Assembly: GCF_009914755.1 (NCBI RefSeq)
Contig: NC_060929.1
Reading direction: 5' to 3' (one strand)
DNA length: 64,000 nt
Origin: the human T2T-CHM13v2.0 reference genome, Homo sapiens
This document shows, piece after piece, positions 58,681 to 64,000 of this stretch. Position numbers and translations under genes: made by a program. Within the stretch, counting starts at the first letter, position 1. Each line of letters opens with the position of its first letter. Under the pieces are notes generated by a model. It was not told where the DNA came from. It saw only the letters and a list, made by a program, of their open reading frames with translations, and searched no databases.

Positions 58681-59404
58681 TCAAAACTTCCATTCTACAT
58701 TCTGTGTCCTGTCTCAGAGTCTGAATCCTAAATTGGAAATAGAGAAAAAAAAAATGCCTGCGTCCCCTGGCTCTTTAATTTCCTGACCAGCACTTCCAGC
58801 TCTCAGGTTTTTGTTTTGTTTTGTTTTTTGTGTTTTTTTGATATTTAATAGCTGCATGCTCCTGGCTACGTGAAGTCCTTGTAGAGCTGGAGGGTGCCAT
58901 CTGTCCTGATGTGTCCTTTTCCTCTTGGGTTCTTTGATCTCTGTTTCAACATGCTGATTCCCTGGTTGTTTCATGTGGGGTGTGTGCTCACGGCTGATTT
59001 TTACAGGTCTCAATTCACAGTAGCAGGATGGGCTACATCTGTTGTACAGGTGAACTAGCTCTGAATGTCTTCTTGTCTTTCTCTCTTTTTCATCAGTCTG
59101 TTTTCTTAGAATCTTGGATATTCTGAATTATTTTCTTTGTTTTGTCCTGGAGTGCTTTGTTGCATGTAACAAGCAGGCATGCACATAAGAATTGTCTCCA
59201 CCTTTTCATTTGCTCTTCAAGCAGTGAGACCAGCTTGGCTGACTGGCTGCCTCTAAGCAGGAAAAGAAACTCAATGCCACAGTCCATAGAAACAGTCCTC
59301 TCTGCTTCTCTACTTCTTGAAATATAAGGTTTATTGAATGTCAAGTTCATGGCTTCTCCCCTGACAACTCCTGGAGCAAGTTCCTCTTTGACCTCTTCCA
59401 GCGG

Positions 59405-59650
59405 GAGGGAGGCAGCACAGGTCAGTGGTCAAGACCATAGCCTCAAAGTCAGAAAACTTTGGGTTTCATTCCTCACTGTTGGCCTCACATAGTTACTTGA
59501 TTTCTGAGCTGAAGCCTCCTTGCTTGCAAAATGGGGATAACAATTCTTACATGATCGGATTTGAGAAAGAGTTAAATGAGATCATACCTAGAATATGCTG
59601 AGTATCGTACCTGGCAATTAATGTATACTTAGTAAATATTTGTTATTCTT
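59405..59650 (+). mobile_element. MIR
   Basis: ggaggcagcacag..gcaaaatggggataacaa..gagttaaatgagatcata. Confidence 0.75.
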
Positions 59651-59877
59651 ATAATTACTATTATTAGTTTTAGTGTCAGAACTATAATGAACTATTGATT
59701 CATCAGATTCTATCTCATGAAGGTGACAGCAACCTCTAACACAATGACACGAATCACATGGCCAACAGTGAGGTTTGAAGAGCACCTTTGTTCTGTTCTC
59801 CTGGGTGGCTATCAGTGGCTGAGAATGCCAGTCAATCAACCAGCTAATAGACCAAGTGATGAAATAAAAATGATCCT

Positions 59878-60160
59878 CCAGGAGGAATAAGTTCTAGTAT
59901 CCTATAGTATTACGGGATGACTATAATAAACAACAATTTATTGTACATTTTCAAATAGCTATTTATTGTACATTTTCAAATAGCAAGAAGAACAGATTTT
60001 GAATGTTCTCAACAGAAAGAAATAATAAATGTTTAAGGTGATGGTTATGCTAATTACCCTGATTTGATCATTACACATTGTATACATGTATTGAAATATC
60101 ACACTGCACCCCATAAATATGTATAATTATGTATCAATTAAAAATAATGATGATAAAAAT
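59878..60160 (+). mobile_element. L1MA 3' end with a 25-bp tandem duplication
   Basis: aggaggaataagttctagt..; atttattgtacattttcaaatagc at 59936-59 and 59961-84. Confidence 0.9.
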
Positions 60161-60190
60161 GATTCTCTATGTGTGAGTAATTGGAGTGGC

Positions 60191-60460
60191 TTTTTTATTT
60201 TTTTTTGAGATGGAGTCTCACTCTGTTGCCCATCCTTCATCTTCTGGGTTCAAGTGATTCTCCTGCCTCAGCCTCCCTAGTAGCTGGGATTACAGGCATG
60301 CACCACCACACCCAGCTAATTTTTGTATTTTTAGTAGAGATGGGGTTTTGCCATGTTGGCCAGGCTGGTCTGGAACTCCTGACCTCAAGTGATCCACCCG
60401 CCTTGGCCTCCCAAAGTGCTGGGATTACAGGTGTGAGCCACCTGTAATTCGTGCCCAGCC
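60191..60460 (-). mobile_element. Alu with a right-arm deletion
   Basis: Shortened dimer. Confidence 0.9.
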
Positions 60461-61644
60461 CCTGGAGCGGCTTTAATTTTTGTTTTGCATATGCTTCCCT
60501 TTTTAACTCAACAAGAAATAACATCCACTGTAGCTTTTCTTCTAGAGGATGGATAACATGGAAAGAGTGATGGGTGAAGAGAAGCCAAGATTTCAAGTTG
60601 ATCTTGAATTTGTAGCCTGATCAAATGGAATCTTCTATGAAGGTCTATTGCTATGCCTAAGAGTGTGAACTCCAAGCGAAATTTGAGTGTTTCTGCTCAC
60701 TTACATTTTCCCTTGGAGGTCAGGAGAAAGACCCCCAATTCCCAACACTCCTCTTCCCTAGATTCCCAGTTCCTTGATTTTCTTCCCATTACACATTGTT
60801 TTCCAGGTACTATCCCAGTTAGTGCCCATAACCAGTGGAATCAGTGCTTACTAGAAGGGCCTTTGACGACTCCTTTCAGCTGGCAAACTAATTAGAGGAT
60901 CCTGTTTTCCTTCTGTAGCCCCTACTACTCATTACATGAAGCTTTGTATGTATGTAGCATTATTTCTTTTTATAGCCAACCTCATTTTTTATTTTACACT
61001 GTTTGATTATCTGATTATTTCTGAGCAACATCTCTAGGTAGGAAAAAAATGGATAAACTGAGGCTCAAAATGCTTAACTAACTCCCTGAAGATCTTACAA
61101 TGAGTCAGGGAGTGAGACAGGAATAGAAACCATGATGCTAGCCTTCTAAACTGTTTTTCTGACCACTAGACCACACTTCCTCTCCAGACTATGAAACACT
61201 GGAAAATGGGACTCAGGCAGCGAGTAAATATGGAGGCAAACCCACAGAAACACAATTTTACTTGTACCTAAATCATGTCATTTAGCAAAGGAAAACAGCA
61301 AAACACCCCAGTCTTTTCGATGTCATCCAAAATTATAATCTAAACCCACAATGGATATAGAATAGGAAATGAGTCTGCCCTGAATTGACATTTTTCCATT
61401 TAAAATAAATTTGAAAAAATTTCAGTCCTGATATGTTTTTCCTTTATATGAAAGAAGGATCTAAATATTCAGTTTGATATAGATTTCACGGTATACAAAT
61501 AAAATACCTTTATGACTCTCATTCTTTGCACAATAAAAGCCTAACCAACAAATATTTATTGAGTATTTAAGGCTTTGTGGGAACAGCAGGTATATTAGAC
61601 ATAGTTATTGTCTTTAGACTCAAATTTTATTTTAGTCTATTTTT

Positions 61645-61687
61645 ATTTCAATGGCAAAATGGCAATTACTTTCGCACCAACCTAATA
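61645..61687. mobile_element. Half MADE1 (Hsmar1-derived MITE)
   Basis: aatggcaaaatggcaattactttcgcaccaacctaata matches the mariner TIR; the left half is absent. Confidence 0.75.
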
Positions 61688-63071
61688 GTTGGACAGAGAA
61701 TACACATACCCATGAAGAGCTGAAGACAGCTGACGATGAATAGCAACTAAGGAGGGTGATAAGGAAGCAGCCTGTGACGTGCAATGGTGAACACCAAAGC
61801 GACATGTACAAAGATTTCGGTTTATGTCGCAACTGTACCACCAGCTAACTCTTCATCGTAGCTGAATCAGATCTCAGATCCTATGCATCAACAGACAGCG
61901 ATAGCAATTGCTGGCTTTGTCTGCCCACAGCGTTGGTGTGGAAGCCAGCATGAGAAAATGCATGTAAAAAGGGCAGTGAGCTGGAAGATGAAATACGGGT
62001 GGTATCCGAATCATATTAAGGTTGCCCAGGCAAGCCTTCTCCCTTTGGGTTTAGAATCTCCAATGACATAGCTTTTGAAGACTGTTCGTCATGCCCAAAT
62101 GGAAATTAAAACAAGAAATTAAAAACAGTCTCCTCTGGAAATTATTTTTGGCGATGAGAACAGAAAACCACACGATATTTTCCCTTTGGCAAATAGTTCC
62201 TTGTCTCATCACTTGGAATATGTGTGAGTGAGAGGTATCTGAACACCTCGTGTGAAATCTTCTGATAATGAGTGTGAAGAGAGGACTTTTCCATTTGGAA
62301 GAGCAAGGCATGCAATTTGGGGAAACTGAGTCCTTAGACTGTGACAGAGAATGCCAAAAAGCCCTCCCACCTGTGGTTCCCAGGAAGCAACGACAACAGT
62401 ACTTCATCACAGAGGCTATGTGGCAAGCAACAAGAATCCTGGAATGACCTTTTCATGGAAACAAGCTTGAAGCTATGTTCTGGGCTTCCATCTGTGGATA
62501 AAGATGGGTATTGTTGATATGGGAAACTTGAGAAAAGGCAGGAATTTACTTTAAAACTTTTAAAGTTACTTTTAAAATTAACTTAAACAATTTTACTTTT
62601 GCAATTAGACAGGGACAACTTACCACAGTTATCCTTAATTTATAAACTGCCAGGACATTTTAATTTTAGAAGATCATTAAGATTTTTCTTACTGGAGAAA
62701 ACAACTAACATTAAAACTTTTAAGATCCTTTGACTAATCTCTGCTTACATTGTCACTTTTTGTATAGTAGTAGTTCATTACACTTTATATTTAACAAAAA
62801 ACAGATTTTTTTACATTGACTTTGCCACCTTTATAATGATATCAAAAGACTAAGTTATCTTCTATCTAAAATAAAGGAATTAGAATACAATCCCTGTCTT
62901 TTTCTTGGGATAGTGCATGGCCCAATGTAAGAAGAATTGCAGAGCTCTCGTGCCAAAAGTAGAATAATGGGCAACATTTAGAAAACAATGCCCTGGCGCC
63001 TGCCAGCCCTCATGCACATGTTTTAAGGGTATAATTTGTATGAAAACCCTTGTGGGTGGGTCATAATATAT

Positions 63072-63090
63072 TAGCACCATCTAGTGGTGA
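63072..63090 (-). promoter_or_regulatory. Candidate CTCF motif
   Basis: Reverse complement TCACCACTAGATGGTGCTA, close to the CTCF core; lies in non-repeat sequence. Confidence 0.5.
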
Positions 63091-63289
63091 TGGGCAAAGC
63101 TGTCTCTCTTCACCAGCCCCGCCCTACCTCTCAAACAAGTCACAGCCAAAGCAGAGCTGATTGTGCTCTATTTATAGCCTTTGACCTAAATTTATTGCCA
63201 CTGTTCACTCTGAAAATTAAAGGTGCTGCACAACTGGATTAAAAAGATGGAGAAGTGTGAACCTAAGTGTAATGATAATACTACTTGCA

Positions 63290-63860
63290 TTATAATGATC
63301 GCTTGTGTTTATTGAGCACTACATACATGATCAATGTCGTACACAATGCTTTTCATAATCATCTTACTCCATCGGCACGAGAATCTGTTTGGCATCTGTT
63401 ATCATAATTATGCCTATTTTACAGGTTAGGAAACTGAGGTCCAGAGAGTTTTACTTACCTAGGTTACACATTCAGTATTTAGAAGACAAAAACCTTCCTT
63501 GGCTCACTGACTCTTCAGGTTGGTACCGTGAGACGCACCATCACTAGGATGCTATGGAGTAGGAGGAGCTCGGGAGCTTCCACAAACTGAGAAAGCACCT
63601 GCAGAAAGGGAAGCAATGGAGCACACTAATTAAGGATACGCACTCCAGGGTCCAACTAGAACGGGGTTCGAGTCATGACTTAACCAGTTATTAATTCTGT
63701 GTCCTCGGTAAAATTACAATATCTTCTTAGAACCTCAGTTTCTTCTTCTGTAAAATGGAGATAATAATACATTATTCATGGGGGAGGAGTTGGGAGTATT
63801 AGTTGAGATATGCATGCATAGGGTGTGGTTCATAGGAGCCATTGAGGGGCTATTATTATA
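63290..63860. mobile_element. Two MIRs in opposite orientation (about 63290-63500 minus; 63630-63860 plus)
   Basis: ttttacaggttaggaaactgagg and acctcagtttcttcttctgtaaaatggagataata. Confidence 0.75.
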
Positions 63861-64000
63861 TTTCTATTTTAATTTTTTTAGATTTTGTATATTTCTCTTT
63901 TAATTTATTTGAATGCAAAAATCAAACAGTGATCAGAGTCGTCTATCTCTCTCCTAAGGTCTCAAAACACTCATTCTGTGTATGGAAAGAAATGGAACAA

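Overview
Primate (human-like) genomic DNA, repeat-dense and with no intact protein-coding gene that I can support. About 29 Alu/FLAM copies, old L1M, L2 and MIR fragments, MaLR/ERVL/ERV1 solo LTRs and DNA-transposon MITEs make up much of the window, and nearly all ORFs in the track are translations of these repeats. The one gene-derived feature is a disabled, intronless copy of selenophosphate synthetase 2 (SEPHS2) on the + strand at about 19480-21628. It has two premature TAG stops and several frameshifts, yet it keeps the in-frame Sec codon context (K-G-UGA-G-C-K), a recognisable SECIS element, a poly(A) signal and a CpG-rich 5' end, with candidate promoter and splice signals upstream. Other notable structures are a full-length CpG-rich solo LTR12C with an apparently mutated core promoter (52428-53818), a head-to-head inverted pair of MER4-family LTRs about 250 bp apart (41107-43181), a minus-strand bias of retroelements, a candidate non-coding exon and CTCF-like motifs. 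I found no convincing new biological system. Repeat subfamily names and comparisons with parental SEPHS2 come from recalled consensus sequences and need checking with RepeatMasker or BLAST.
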